A DNA stretch of 64,000 nt from an uncultured virus (IMG/VR IMGVR_UViG_3300007177_000029) (Duplodnaviria > Heunggongvirae > Uroviricota > Caudoviricetes > Crassvirales). The notes beneath the pieces were generated by a model. The model did no database searches. It was given only the letters and a program-made list of their open reading frames with translations, and was not told where the DNA came from. How positions within the stretch are numbered: the stretch's first letter is position 1; every line of letters begins with the position of its first letter. The stretch lies in IMG/VR virus record IMGVR_UViG_3300007177_000029. One strand, written 5' to 3'. Below are positions 51,401 through 59,844 of the stretch, one piece after another. A program made the translations under genes and the position numbers.

Positions 51401-52974
51401 AACCAGAAGATGAATTAATGAATAGTTTATTTGATAGATTATCAGAAAGTCAAATAAATGATATAAAATTTAATAGTGGTGAAGTTAATTTAAGCTCATT
51501 TGAGTTAGATAAGCTAAAAAATAATATAAAACTACACCAAGTTTCACCTGCTTCTGTTAATGTGTATGAACAAGCTTTAATATTAAAGTACTTTTTAAAA
51601 TTAATGGGTAATGCAAAAAACTTAAATAATTCTTTAAAAGTGACAAAAGAAGATGTTAATGGACCAGGTAAAGTTTTTATAGAATCTTATATAAAAGAAG
51701 AAAATATAAAACAAGAATTAAAAGAACCAAAAATAAGAAATCTAGATAAAAAATTAGGATTAACTTATAGTTCTATTTTTGATACTTTATTAGAAGATGA
51801 AAATAGAAAAATGTTTGGTGCATATTTTATGAACGGTACTAAAATAGTAAATAATATGTCTAGTGATATATCATTAACTAACAGTCAGTCATTTAAAAAT
51901 ATTTTAAGTATAGTTAAAAACTTACAGAAATCTGATATATTTAATAATCAAGATTTAATAGAAGAAATGCAAAAAGAGTTTTTATCTTTAGTTTTATCTA
52001 TGGGTGAAAGTCCTATAAATTTAAAAAATTCTGAAAAATTAAATTACTTTAAAGGTGAAAACTCTGTAGCTAGACTTTTATTAAAGTTTACAAATAATTC
52101 TAACAATAAAGAATTTGTTTTAAACAATCCTTTTTTAAAAATGTTAGGCACAAATTTATCTAACAGAAAAAATCCTTTAGATGTTATAACTTTTAATAAA
52201 AACAGTTCTTATACTGAAAAAGAATTAAAAGATGCTTGGGAAGCTCTAGATAATCACAGTAAAGAAGGTAGAATGTTAGCTAGAAAATTAGCTTTATATT
52301 CTTTTACTGCTAATAGTTTTAGTAGTGGTCTTTATACATTCCATGAATATATGCCTAGTTCTTACATAAGTTTATTAAATATTCATGATTTAGTAATAGA
52401 CGGTAAAAATACATTAGAAGCAAATAACACAGGTAAATTTGTTATGGATATGTTAGAACAAATTGTTAGAAATAATAAAGAAAGTAAATTAATAAGAACT
52501 GTTCCTGCTAATAAAAAAGATTTTATAGTTTATAAACAGTTAATACCTAATATTTCTAATGATTTGTTATTTGTTGTAAACAATAAAGACTTTTTAAGTA
52601 CTTTTGCTTTAAATGAAAAATTAGGAATTTATCCTATGTTTGTAAAAAAGAAAACAGCAAGTAAAACTAATCCTATTATTTTATATAAATTTATAGGGTT
52701 AGACCAAGGTTTACCAGTATATAGAGCTATTAAAAATTTAGGTTTAGAAGGTAAAGGGTTTAAAATAAAAGAATACGATAAGAGTGTAACTAAAACTTCA
52801 GCTTTTCAAAGTTTAAATACAAATCCATTACTGTTTAATATGGCTTCTAGTTTTAGTAAATTTGAAAAACAAATTAGTTCATTTGTTTCAATGCCTAGTA
52901 TCTATAAAGAAATAGAAAATAAAGTTATTACAGAAAAAGAATTAGATGATTTAATAAATAATTGTAAAATATGA
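45403..52974 (+). CDS. Virion-packaged DNA-dependent RNA polymerase (phi14:2 gp66-like)
   Basis: 2523 aa; YRIPNQ (about 50143-50160) and catalytic GSDFDIDK (about 50257-50280); also ELSK-like EMSKLFLGDPA, KR, DAQ and VDAAKD motifs. Confidence 0.9.
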   Translation: MAHCIFRGSKEFKELQKETNLHEDVLSVKIELWQKNKINELGILLNENKKPIYLPENNLFTVKPIQTTDVKAKSKAKIATQYIGFAEGITGSSTALYAKQISEQSNKLISTANIPQNLVSGVESFGTKQEANDKAKKLLGSNPHSIDMIEAGLRTRTTRSVGEMSKYNVKVGDVVKQFGKSADGTIKNILTRITAIHPKGSPEFFNTWEKEGWTAEGVEAIKRFKDGAAAIEFEVIKSDIVNSGNYSSNDVIFVSIGGKRGNETVRKQQQDRTIREAIKALEDGAILITDNAAYVESNSYNEGEKRLAANLKAKGYNYSEITIDGNLLGVWKKLKSFKDDKINEILDTFPTKEELGYQKLQLSDIFTADEVDDLVNGYVYFLTQSNLSPEIDTIEFDKTTALKKVLASMKKQGNSHLADIIVEEELFNDIYSLGDEFLQSLGIKIEKTFNDEIEEENEDGGIDILESYERDPSSIANSDMLIFLSLVPKFKVSLRGATVFDKSELTGIPKFLNANEVKNTLYDILSNNVTDNAYQDGYQILHKKLEEYADKNPTIKWVLKSLEKRSEKFKTNFYQVFNNADLTLFSVLLDDTTGTTRVRIQSSSIQNDETSLFNKWVSAHTYKLITTTFNPATNGYDYIYDKNLVKDINSKYEEIKNLLVRKNLENEDLESLKKSVLNYFEMLGITLTENQYYELLSTFYKLDTFKGKNPTNSEYTLQGLKNLFTREEGIRYITTHFLKMEKENNYNVKFNEKLGKNDNVIEDQKFTRYLASIVNKVENTTSSPIILGAKGKKYWNKIKYNLITKNVLRWKNNKSLLKSFIDSSLWAKNSLIADAMLKDEADIQVKIFNNFKEVGKNDEGEKVTNLKESELLVAHFNMTLQNNFVGLAEADKSMQYVISGFPTQIINPNDIKFENGRLVLADTENMVIEVMLDYLAAELNRIRQTYDDLYDENNKERENVKGKIQYLHTQKNGLNSYLFPSLTNKNRASGDSLLTELGLADAFGKPFPITKEFLLSNEGLKVHIKNAFEEALNKDLKLFSNNYLIDKVYNENKEFISYDSRFKPVEAVASQYESFNQMFATFVFNSMIGSIEMSKLFLGDPAAFEFKGLSLFSDITKRIPLIVASGNIARIYEDKANNVKVNPTFTSAVTNSSKGPSRFYFNENGTVNEEIIDNLVDSANSILPIERQIAKAAFKSSIEAYRKNNKADAQSWITLDLWKQRWASFKGWDANMEAAYQRLKTKNANLNDIALILQPIKTVTTELKVNKNKQTYAIYQKMSEAVLPDFLFEDFRLQHIIDTMKKNKVDQLVTLDAQKVGGVDVNEFFDKTGQPIDNVVLETFTVNTDSTVLQLDMPLKGLKDTLIGSQLTKNALSGVITTATYVSPITGKETSGKDLILEYHNLIADLSDEGLQELSSKMGIDTVTKEINDYGKLFDFIAESLQDDLSSSDIEMIVKYKTLDVVPGATIKIQNTINKAIKKHTVSLKQKGGSGILMSGVGLIGGKDLFTKEVKNGIVWFKNDLTKGLSPSYVTKEGSNYKTQKVQILIGHKEIRKILGNKLNTLTSEEISKLIDPKVLEGVMYRIPNQSLASNDVFEIVGILPDFMGDTIIAFDEITTKTGSDFDIDKAYYILPNLEVNEKGIISLPKTPNEMSDVEAYFTKFKKDWSKYKSARKIRLELENNEKTLKEKKYYLKEIAKFKSELALLVEQKNEEKQKLTAEKTSLSEMSLVIENILKSNISELNNDIKATLENLKNYKEAIDELSQEIEQDLMDRLLEEGLIPTLEEFKQLPFNKKATKEVLQNKRLEFLNTFLGDPRHLARVVKPIDNDTLKKLIIELHGEEDLNANDDLNFWKGTTQLKTKQTFDMAKSMVGIIANSMTDHNVSTSEVLTHIGVMFGRGIQEKGESLVSAIMNEDNIEVSEVLNDFMNAIVDAAKDPFIVRGNVNLYTANTVFMLVRAGVPLEFVMAFIGQPVLKQLSFLKSTREGRVAENMYENGLFVKPEDELMNSLFDRLSESQINDIKFNSGEVNLSSFELDKLKNNIKLHQVSPASVNVYEQALILKYFLKLMGNAKNLNNSLKVTKEDVNGPGKVFIESYIKEENIKQELKEPKIRNLDKKLGLTYSSIFDTLLEDENRKMFGAYFMNGTKIVNNMSSDISLTNSQSFKNILSIVKNLQKSDIFNNQDLIEEMQKEFLSLVLSMGESPINLKNSEKLNYFKGENSVARLLLKFTNNSNNKEFVLNNPFLKMLGTNLSNRKNPLDVITFNKNSSYTEKELKDAWEALDNHSKEGRMLARKLALYSFTANSFSSGLYTFHEYMPSSYISLLNIHDLVIDGKNTLEANNTGKFVMDMLEQIVRNNKESKLIRTVPANKKDFIVYKQLIPNISNDLLFVVNNKDFLSTFALNEKLGIYPMFVKKKTASKTNPIILYKFIGLDQGLPVYRAIKNLGLEGKGFKIKEYDKSVTKTSAFQSLNTNPLLFNMASSFSKFEKQISSFVSMPSIYKEIENKVITEKELDDLINNCKI

Positions 52975-55900
52975 TTTGTCCTAACAAAAATTCAGAAGAA
53001 TGGAAATTCTTAATGAAAAAACATAACAATAATGAAAGAGAAGCTCTTAGAAACTGGGCTGAAAACAATTTAAATGATTTTACAGATAATGTATTAGTTT
53101 CTGAAAAAGCTTCATTTGTTGTAGATGAATTATCTAAAGTTTTTGAAGGTGTTAATATTATTTATGATAATCTATTAGATGTACCTGGAAAAGTAATTAA
53201 TCAAGAAGGTGTAATATCTTTAGTTATTAATCCTCAATTAATGGAAAAAGATACTATAGCTCATGAATACGGGCATATATTTTTAGATACTATAGGAGGA
53301 TTAAATAATGAAACAGTTAAACTAGCTTTACAAGAGTTAGAAGAAACAGAAACAGCTAAAAAAGTAAGAGAATTATATTCAGATGAAACTAAAGAAGTTC
53401 AAGATAAAGAAATTATTATAAATGCTTTAGGTAAAGAAGTTACTTCTTTATTAGAAAAAGATAAAGATTCTTCTAGATTATCTAAATTAATTAGAGGTAT
53501 TTTAAATCAAATAGCTGAGTTTTTTGGTTTAAATAATAATCAAATTAAAATTTTAGCTAATCAAATGATTAAATCTAATTTTAAATCTTCAGAACTTGTT
53601 TTAGATGAAATAGAATATAGTCAAAAATTAACTAGTGAAGAAGAATTTAAAAAGCAACAATTAATTGATAAAATTAAAGTTTCATTAAATAGTAAAATTA
53701 ATGAATTAAAAAACCAATTAACTTTTAAAAATGAAGAAGCTGAAAATAATGCTACTTTAAATAAGTTTGAAGATTTATTTACAAAATTAAATTCAGCAAA
53801 TGCTGATTTAGCTATTTCTGATTATTTAAAACTAGGAGTTTCAAATTCTTCAGCAGTAATAGAAAGATTAAAAACTTTAAAAAAAGAAGATAAAATAGAT
53901 TTATATATTTTACATAAAATAAAAAACTATATAGATGCTTTTAGTCCTGATATTACAGATTCATTAATGGAAATTATAAATGAATTAGATGAAGTAGATT
54001 CAGTTAATTTAAAGAATTTAATATTTAACTATAAACAAGTAGAAGGAGAATATCATAATTTAGGTTTAAAATTTATTAAAGAAAAAATTAATTTAAGCTT
54101 TTCTAGTATTCTAGCTTTTTACAGAAGAAAAGCTAACATTGAATTTGTAGAATATGCTAAAAATAATAATATTTCAAAATCTGATAAACAAAAATATGAA
54201 GAAGCAAGAAATAAATATATTGAAGATTATCTAGATAGAAATTCTAAAAAAATTAGTGAAGAAATAGAATTAAAGAAAAATAAGTTTTTAACTGTAGTAG
54301 ATAGAGATATATCATTTTTAGATTATTGGGCTACAAACCCTAGAGATTTAAATAATAATATTATACAAGAAGCTATTAAAATATTAGATGAAGCTGATTA
54401 TGAAACATCTGCTGAAACTGATGATTATTTATTAAGAGCTAAATATTATTATGATAGATATGTTTCTTATGTAGGTAATAAAAATGACCAAAAAAAGTTA
54501 TATGAACCTATTTTACAAAAAGATGAAAAAGGTAATACTATAAGATTTTTAAGAACAGTTAATAAAAAAAGAGGTCAATCAGAAAACAGTGTTTTAGACC
54601 CTAAATATAAAGGTACTCCTGTTGAAGATTTATTAGTATTTTTAACAGAATCTTATAAAGAAAGAGATAAATTGATACCTAAAAAATATAGAATTAATCA
54701 TGCTTTACCTAACATTGAAAAAGATAATTTAGAAAGAATATTTGAAGTTGGTGCATTTCAATTAATTAAAGGTTCTTTTCAAGATTTATATACAGCTAGA
54801 GCTACTGATACTGATACTGGAGCTAGAGATGAAAATTTAAAAGAATCTGAAAATTACTTAGATAGAAAACTACAAACTGTAGTTAATGCTTCTGGTAAAG
54901 AAAAGCAATTTATTCCTATACATTATAGAAATAAAATAGATGAAAAAGATGCTTCATTTGATGTTGTTAGTTTAATGGTATTAGATATGCACCAAGCTTT
55001 TAATTATAAAAATAAATTTAAAGTACAATCAACATTAATGGTAATGAGAGATTTACTAGGTAGAGAATCTGCTAAAGTAGTAAAAACAGCAAGTATGTCT
55101 AAATTAATTAAAGAAGTATTTGGTGTTGAAGGTGTTGATGTTAAAACTCCTGCTAAAGAAAGTTTAGTTTATAGAGCTTTAAATGATTTAATTGAAGTTA
55201 GATTATATAATCAAAAATTAAAAGGAGACCCTACACTTAATAAAATAGTACAAAACTTTAAAAGTTATGTTTCATTAGCTTTAATGACACATAACCCTAT
55301 TTCTGGTGCAGCTAACTACATTCAAGGTACATCAATGAATATAATTAAAGCTATAGGTAGAGGAGATTTTACTTTAGATGATTATATGAAAGCTAGAATA
55401 AAAGTATCTAAAGATTTACCTAACATTACTTCTGATTTAGCTAAATTTCATCACAAATCAAAAACTCAACTTTTAATGAGGAAAATGAATATTAGAAGTA
55501 ATTATTCACCTTTAATTAATAAGTTTTCAGATAGTAATGTTTTAAAAAGATATGCTAGTCCATTTTCATTTATGTATTTTAACGATGTAGCTGAATTTAA
55601 TATTCAAGCATCTAATATGTATGCTTCAATGAATAATATTAAAGTAAAGAATAAAGATGGTCAGTATATAAATAAAGAAGGTAAAGTAGTAAAAGATAAA
55701 AAAGATGCAGCATCTATAGATGAAGTTTACAAATTAGTTTATACAAATTCTGAAACAGGAGAAACAATAACTGAAGAAGAATATGATAGATTACCTAAAA
55801 ATAAACAAGAATTATATTTAGATGGTAAATTGGAATTAATAGATGAAGCTTTTTCTGCTGATAGAATAGGTAATTTAAAAAATGAAGACGGTTCTATTAA

Positions 55901-56690
55901 TGATAGTGGTTTTAGAAAATTATCATTAAGATTAAGAGAAATAAACAGAAGTAGTTTTGGTAATTATGATGGTAATAATAGAGCAGGTATAGATAGATAT
56001 GCTTTAGGTACTTTAATTACTCACATGAGACAATGGTTTACACCTTTAGCTAAAGATAGATTTTTAGGAGGTTATTCTTTATTTAAATTTGATAAAAATA
56101 GTAAAGGTAAAAAAAGATTATCTTTTATAGGTTTAGATGAATTAAGGCTAGATGATATTAAATTTAATGAAAATCTAGAATCATTACAAGAAGGATTTTA
56201 TATAACATTACTTAGATATGTTGGTGATAGTGTTACTAAATTTAAACTAAACGCTTTTGTAGATAACTGGAATAAATTAGATGAATATGAAAAAGTTAAT
56301 ATGAGAAAATCTTTAACAGAAATCACATTAACTTTAAGTTTTGTAATTATTGGTAAAACTTTAGCTAGAATGAAAGGTGAAGCTGATGATGAAGATGAAA
56401 AACAAAGATTATTAGTAGCTTCTATTTTAGCAAACAGAGCAGCATCAGAGTTAATGTCATTCTGGAATCCTATGGAGTGGCAAAGAATAGCTACAACACC
56501 TGCTGTTTCTTTAGGTGTAGCGTCTAATTTATTTAAAGCTGCATCACAATTAATAACAGAGCCTACTGAAGTATATGAAAAAGGTAAATTTAAAGGTCAA
56601 AATAAAGCAAAAGTATATTTTTTACGTGCTACTCCTTTAAAGCCTTTATATAGAGATTTAGAGTCTATTCATAACTGGATAGTAAAATAA
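52971..56690 (+). CDS. Large cargo protein with N-terminal zincin motif
   Basis: 1239 aa; DTIAHEYGHIFLD; follows the RNAP gene with an ATGA overlap. Confidence 0.78.
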   Translation: MICPNKNSEEWKFLMKKHNNNEREALRNWAENNLNDFTDNVLVSEKASFVVDELSKVFEGVNIIYDNLLDVPGKVINQEGVISLVINPQLMEKDTIAHEYGHIFLDTIGGLNNETVKLALQELEETETAKKVRELYSDETKEVQDKEIIINALGKEVTSLLEKDKDSSRLSKLIRGILNQIAEFFGLNNNQIKILANQMIKSNFKSSELVLDEIEYSQKLTSEEEFKKQQLIDKIKVSLNSKINELKNQLTFKNEEAENNATLNKFEDLFTKLNSANADLAISDYLKLGVSNSSAVIERLKTLKKEDKIDLYILHKIKNYIDAFSPDITDSLMEIINELDEVDSVNLKNLIFNYKQVEGEYHNLGLKFIKEKINLSFSSILAFYRRKANIEFVEYAKNNNISKSDKQKYEEARNKYIEDYLDRNSKKISEEIELKKNKFLTVVDRDISFLDYWATNPRDLNNNIIQEAIKILDEADYETSAETDDYLLRAKYYYDRYVSYVGNKNDQKKLYEPILQKDEKGNTIRFLRTVNKKRGQSENSVLDPKYKGTPVEDLLVFLTESYKERDKLIPKKYRINHALPNIEKDNLERIFEVGAFQLIKGSFQDLYTARATDTDTGARDENLKESENYLDRKLQTVVNASGKEKQFIPIHYRNKIDEKDASFDVVSLMVLDMHQAFNYKNKFKVQSTLMVMRDLLGRESAKVVKTASMSKLIKEVFGVEGVDVKTPAKESLVYRALNDLIEVRLYNQKLKGDPTLNKIVQNFKSYVSLALMTHNPISGAANYIQGTSMNIIKAIGRGDFTLDDYMKARIKVSKDLPNITSDLAKFHHKSKTQLLMRKMNIRSNYSPLINKFSDSNVLKRYASPFSFMYFNDVAEFNIQASNMYASMNNIKVKNKDGQYINKEGKVVKDKKDAASIDEVYKLVYTNSETGETITEEEYDRLPKNKQELYLDGKLELIDEAFSADRIGNLKNEDGSINDSGFRKLSLRLREINRSSFGNYDGNNRAGIDRYALGTLITHMRQWFTPLAKDRFLGGYSLFKFDKNSKGKKRLSFIGLDELRLDDIKFNENLESLQEGFYITLLRYVGDSVTKFKLNAFVDNWNKLDEYEKVNMRKSLTEITLTLSFVIIGKTLARMKGEADDEDEKQRLLVASILANRAASELMSFWNPMEWQRIATTPAVSLGVASNLFKAASQLITEPTEVYEKGKFKGQNKAKVYFLRATPLKPLYRDLESIHNWIVK

Positions 56691-56710
56691 CGGAAAGTCT
56701 AAAAAAAATT

Positions 56711-56742
56711 AAAAGGTCTTACAATTAAGTAAGACCTTTTTT
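56711..56742. terminator. Bidirectional terminator between convergent modules
   Basis: aaaaggtcttac-aattaa-gtaagacctttttt, with an A-tract on the left and a T-tract on the right. Confidence 0.88.
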
Positions 56743-56775
56743 ATTAATCTGTTTGTTTATAGGTTAAACAACCAC

Positions 56776-56817
56776 CAGGTATTAACTATTGTCAAGCTAC
56801 CTGAACTTTCTCTTGAC
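56776..56817. ncRNA. Compact H-type pseudoknot
   Basis: Two interleaved perfect 6-bp stems, caggta/tacctg and gtcaag/cttgac. Confidence 0.45.
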
Positions 56818-56832
56818 TACAGATTATTATTT

Positions 56833-57690
56833 TTAAAAAATATATCTTATTTTATTCCACGGAATAATTTTATCATGAAGTTCTATAAAATCTTTTATAT
56901 AAAATCTTTTTATATCATGTTTATATCTTATATTTTCACCTCCATACTGACTAGTTTTATTTTCTTGGTATTTAGGATTCCATAATAATTCTTCACCTTT
57001 TCTATCTTTTTTTAAATTATCATAATGTTTTTTTTCATTATGTGTAAGAAATATACATTCTGCTAACACTTCATCTTTATATTCTACATAATCATTTACA
57101 TAATTAAACAATTCTTCATATTTTTCAAGCCAATTATCAGTAACTATAATAGGACTAAAATTTATATGTACTTCATATCCTGCATCAATAAAAGCATTTA
57201 TAGCTTTAATTCTATCTATAATAAGAGGAGTGTTAGGTTCTAGTAAAGTTGAATAATCTTGTGGCATTAGACTAAATCTAATTCTTACTTTTTTATTAGG
57301 ATTAAAATTTAAAAAATTAACAGGTATTATTTTAGTAGCTAAACTAGCTTTAGCTTTTTCATGATTTACAAAAAATTCAAAAATTGATTCCCAATCATAA
57401 TATTTACTATGTAAAGAAAAATCTTCATTGCATGAAATATCGTAAGTCCAATATATAGAATCTGTTTGATTTGGTGTTTTTTCTGGTAGCCAAGTAACAT
57501 GATTATTAATTGCAGCTAAAATATCTTTAATATTTTTTGCATAATTAAGAGATTTATCATTTGTATGACGTTTCATGTAACAATAACTACAGTCTAATAA
57601 ACATCCAAATCCAAAAGAAGGAGATATAAAATCTGTACTTCTTCCTGATTCTCTTATTTCAAATGTCTTTCTAATTACTTCTTTAATCAT
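56833..57690 (-). CDS. splB: Spore photoproduct lyase family radical SAM protein
   Basis: CLLDCSYC iron-sulfur motif, DISCNED, KVRIRFSLMP, R.AIN...AGYEVHINFSP; start at 57690 gives an ATGA overlap with mgsA. Confidence 0.88.
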   Translation of the reverse strand: MIKEVIRKTFEIRESGRSTDFISPSFGFGCLLDCSYCYMKRHTNDKSLNYAKNIKDILAAINNHVTWLPEKTPNQTDSIYWTYDISCNEDFSLHSKYYDWESIFEFFVNHEKAKASLATKIIPVNFLNFNPNKKVRIRFSLMPQDYSTLLEPNTPLIIDRIKAINAFIDAGYEVHINFSPIIVTDNWLEKYEELFNYVNDYVEYKDEVLAECIFLTHNEKKHYDNLKKDRKGEELLWNPKYQENKTSQYGGENIRYKHDIKRFYIKDFIELHDKIIPWNKIRYIF

Positions 57691-58055
57691 TTTAATCCTT
57701 TTAATGTTATTTGAGCATGACTTGGTGTTAAAGCTAAAGGAACACTTCTTAATACACAAGCTCTTATTAAAGCCATTATATCTGCATCATGTGGGTGTGC
57801 AGATTTAGTATCAATAAAAAAGAATACAGCAACAATTTTATTATCTAAAACTCTACTAGCTATATCAATATCACCACCATCATGACCACTTCTATATTTT
57901 TTATATATAGTAAAACCACTTTCCTCTAATCTGTCTCCAGTTGAACCTGTAGTTACTATTTTATAATTTAATTCTTCAATTAATTGTTTATTTTGTAAAG
58001 CAAAAGAAACCATTTGTGCCTTCATTGCGTTATGTGCTATAAATGCTATTCTCAT
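57687..58055 (-). CDS. mgsA: Methylglyoxal synthase
   Basis: IAFIAH..K, TTGSTG, SG..GGD, FFFID...HPHDADIMALIR. Confidence 0.9.
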   Translation of the reverse strand: MRIAFIAHNAMKAQMVSFALQNKQLIEELNYKIVTTGSTGDRLEESGFTIYKKYRSGHDGGDIDIASRVLDNKIVAVFFFIDTKSAHPHDADIMALIRACVLRSVPLALTPSHAQITLKGLK

Positions 58056-58414
58056 AATTTTTTATTTAAATTTCTTTTTAATAGTTCAGCTCTAGTTATA
58101 GCTTCAAGGTTTTTAATATTGTCATTGTTTTTATTACCGTCAATATGGTATATTACATAACCTGTAGGTAATTTACCATTAACTTCTTCATAAACAGCTT
58201 TAGGTCTTCTTATTCTTTTTCCTACTCCTGCATATAAATAAACACAATCGTTTTTATTATTCTGTACACCACCTTTCCAAGTATTATTTTTATCACCTGC
58301 TCTTTCTCCAGGTTTAAATTCTGATTTTTTAGACAAATGTATACCTTTTAACCCTTTATTCCAAGGAATATTACCTTTTGGAAATCTACCATTCAATTTT
58401 ATATTCTTTTCCAT
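58052..58414 (-). CDS. HNH endonuclease, probable homing endonuclease
   Basis: GRFPKGNIPWNKG N-terminus; IYHIDGNKNNDNIKNLEAITRAE. Confidence 0.85.
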   Translation of the reverse strand: MEKNIKLNGRFPKGNIPWNKGLKGIHLSKKSEFKPGERAGDKNNTWKGGVQNNKNDCVYLYAGVGKRIRRPKAVYEEVNGKLPTGYVIYHIDGNKNNDNIKNLEAITRAELLKRNLNKKL

Positions 58415-59072
58415 TTTGTTTTTCTATTACATCGTTAATAACTTTAAAGCAGTCATCAAAAGTTAAAACTTTAGGTTTATATGGATTATAAATATCTGTA
58501 ATACTTTTAATGTTTATATGAAAAGGATTTCTACAATATTCAATATAATCATCATTAAACCTAAGAATTATTATTCCTGTATTAAACCTTAACACATTAT
58601 AAAATAAATAATCAGTAAAAGGTTTAAATATATTCTTTTTTAAAGGTTTTTCTGTATTAAATAGTTCACAATTAAGCATAAGCACTCCTTGTTTAGCTAA
58701 ATAAGTAAAATCTGGACTATTAAACCATCCTATAGTACCATTATTATATTGAGATACAAGATTATGAAATTTATCATAAACTGTAGAATAAGGACCATTG
58801 AAAGAATTATTATAACTAAAAGCTAATCCTTTAGATTCTTTATGTTTAAAAGGTCTATTGTTTATAATAATTACTTTTAAATTATTAAAATCACAGTACT
58901 TAAAAGCATCAAACATATTATTAATACTAGGGTAAGTTATCATTGATTCTCTTACCTTTTTTATATTTTTAAACATAAGTATAAAATCTTCATTAAAAAT
59001 ACATGGCTCAAATTTACTGAACCATGTATTTAAATTTGTTTGAAGAAATTTTACGTATTCTTCTTTTTTCAT
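58386..59072 (-). CDS. Uracil-DNA glycosylase-like protein, catalytically degenerate
   Basis: YPS..NMFDAF, LKVIII, GLAFS and LAKQGVLMLN match family-1 UNG, but GQDPY reads NNRPF and HPSP is absent. Confidence 0.75.
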   Translation of the reverse strand: MKKEEYVKFLQTNLNTWFSKFEPCIFNEDFILMFKNIKKVRESMITYPSINNMFDAFKYCDFNNLKVIIINNRPFKHKESKGLAFSYNNSFNGPYSTVYDKFHNLVSQYNNGTIGWFNSPDFTYLAKQGVLMLNCELFNTEKPLKKNIFKPFTDYLFYNVLRFNTGIIILRFNDDYIEYCRNPFHINIKSITDIYNPYKPKVLTFDDCFKVINDVIEKQNGKEYKIEW

Positions 59073-59833
59073 AAAATGTAATCTTTTAAAAAAGTTTCTT
59101 CTTCAGGTATCATTAAACCATGAAGTTCTGCATTTTTTGGTAATTTTTCTTGTAATTCATTTTCTAAAAACATTCTTAATTCTTCTTTTTTATACAATAT
59201 TTGAAAAATTTTTGATGTTTTAGTAGCATTATGAAAACTAAGTATTCTAAGTTTAGCATTATCACTTATTTGACTATATTTACCACTTATAATTAAATTG
59301 TAATCATTTAAAAATTCTTCTGGAACTTTAAATTTATAAAGAGTATATTGTTTATCAGTATTTTTACTTTCTATAAAGTTTTCATTATCTACTAATTTTT
59401 TTTCTACTTCTTCTAATTCAATTATTGGTTTATATCTTAAATGAATATAAATAAATTTACCATAATCTCCAGTAAGTTCATTGCCTACATAGCAATTCAT
59501 AAAATATTTATCAAAACTAACTTCGTTTTTAGTTTTAACTATTAAAGGAGTTATAAAATTAGAACTTCTGCTAAAAACAGAACTATAAAGAAACAGTTTA
59601 TTAAAATAATCAGTTTTTTTAAGTTTTATTTTTTGCACTTTAAATTTTTCATTATTAATTACTAAAGTTTCTTTTAATGATAATTTAAAAGAAGGATAAT
59701 CAATATTACATATTTCTCCATTTTCGTAATTTAAATATCTGTTTACTACTGGTCCTAATTCAATGTACCTAGCATTAGTAGATATTAAAGTTACATTTAT
59801 ACCCTTTTCACATTTAATATGTTTATTAATCAT
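59069..59833 (-). CDS. Hypothetical phage protein
   Basis: 254 aa; FKVPEEF..DY.LI.SGKYSQIS motif. Confidence 0.7.
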   Translation of the reverse strand: MINKHIKCEKGINVTLISTNARYIELGPVVNRYLNYENGEICNIDYPSFKLSLKETLVINNEKFKVQKIKLKKTDYFNKLFLYSSVFSRSSNFITPLIVKTKNEVSFDKYFMNCYVGNELTGDYGKFIYIHLRYKPIIELEEVEKKLVDNENFIESKNTDKQYTLYKFKVPEEFLNDYNLIISGKYSQISDNAKLRILSFHNATKTSKIFQILYKKEELRMFLENELQEKLPKNAELHGLMIPEEETFLKDYIL

Positions 59834-59844
59834 TTTTTTTTAAT

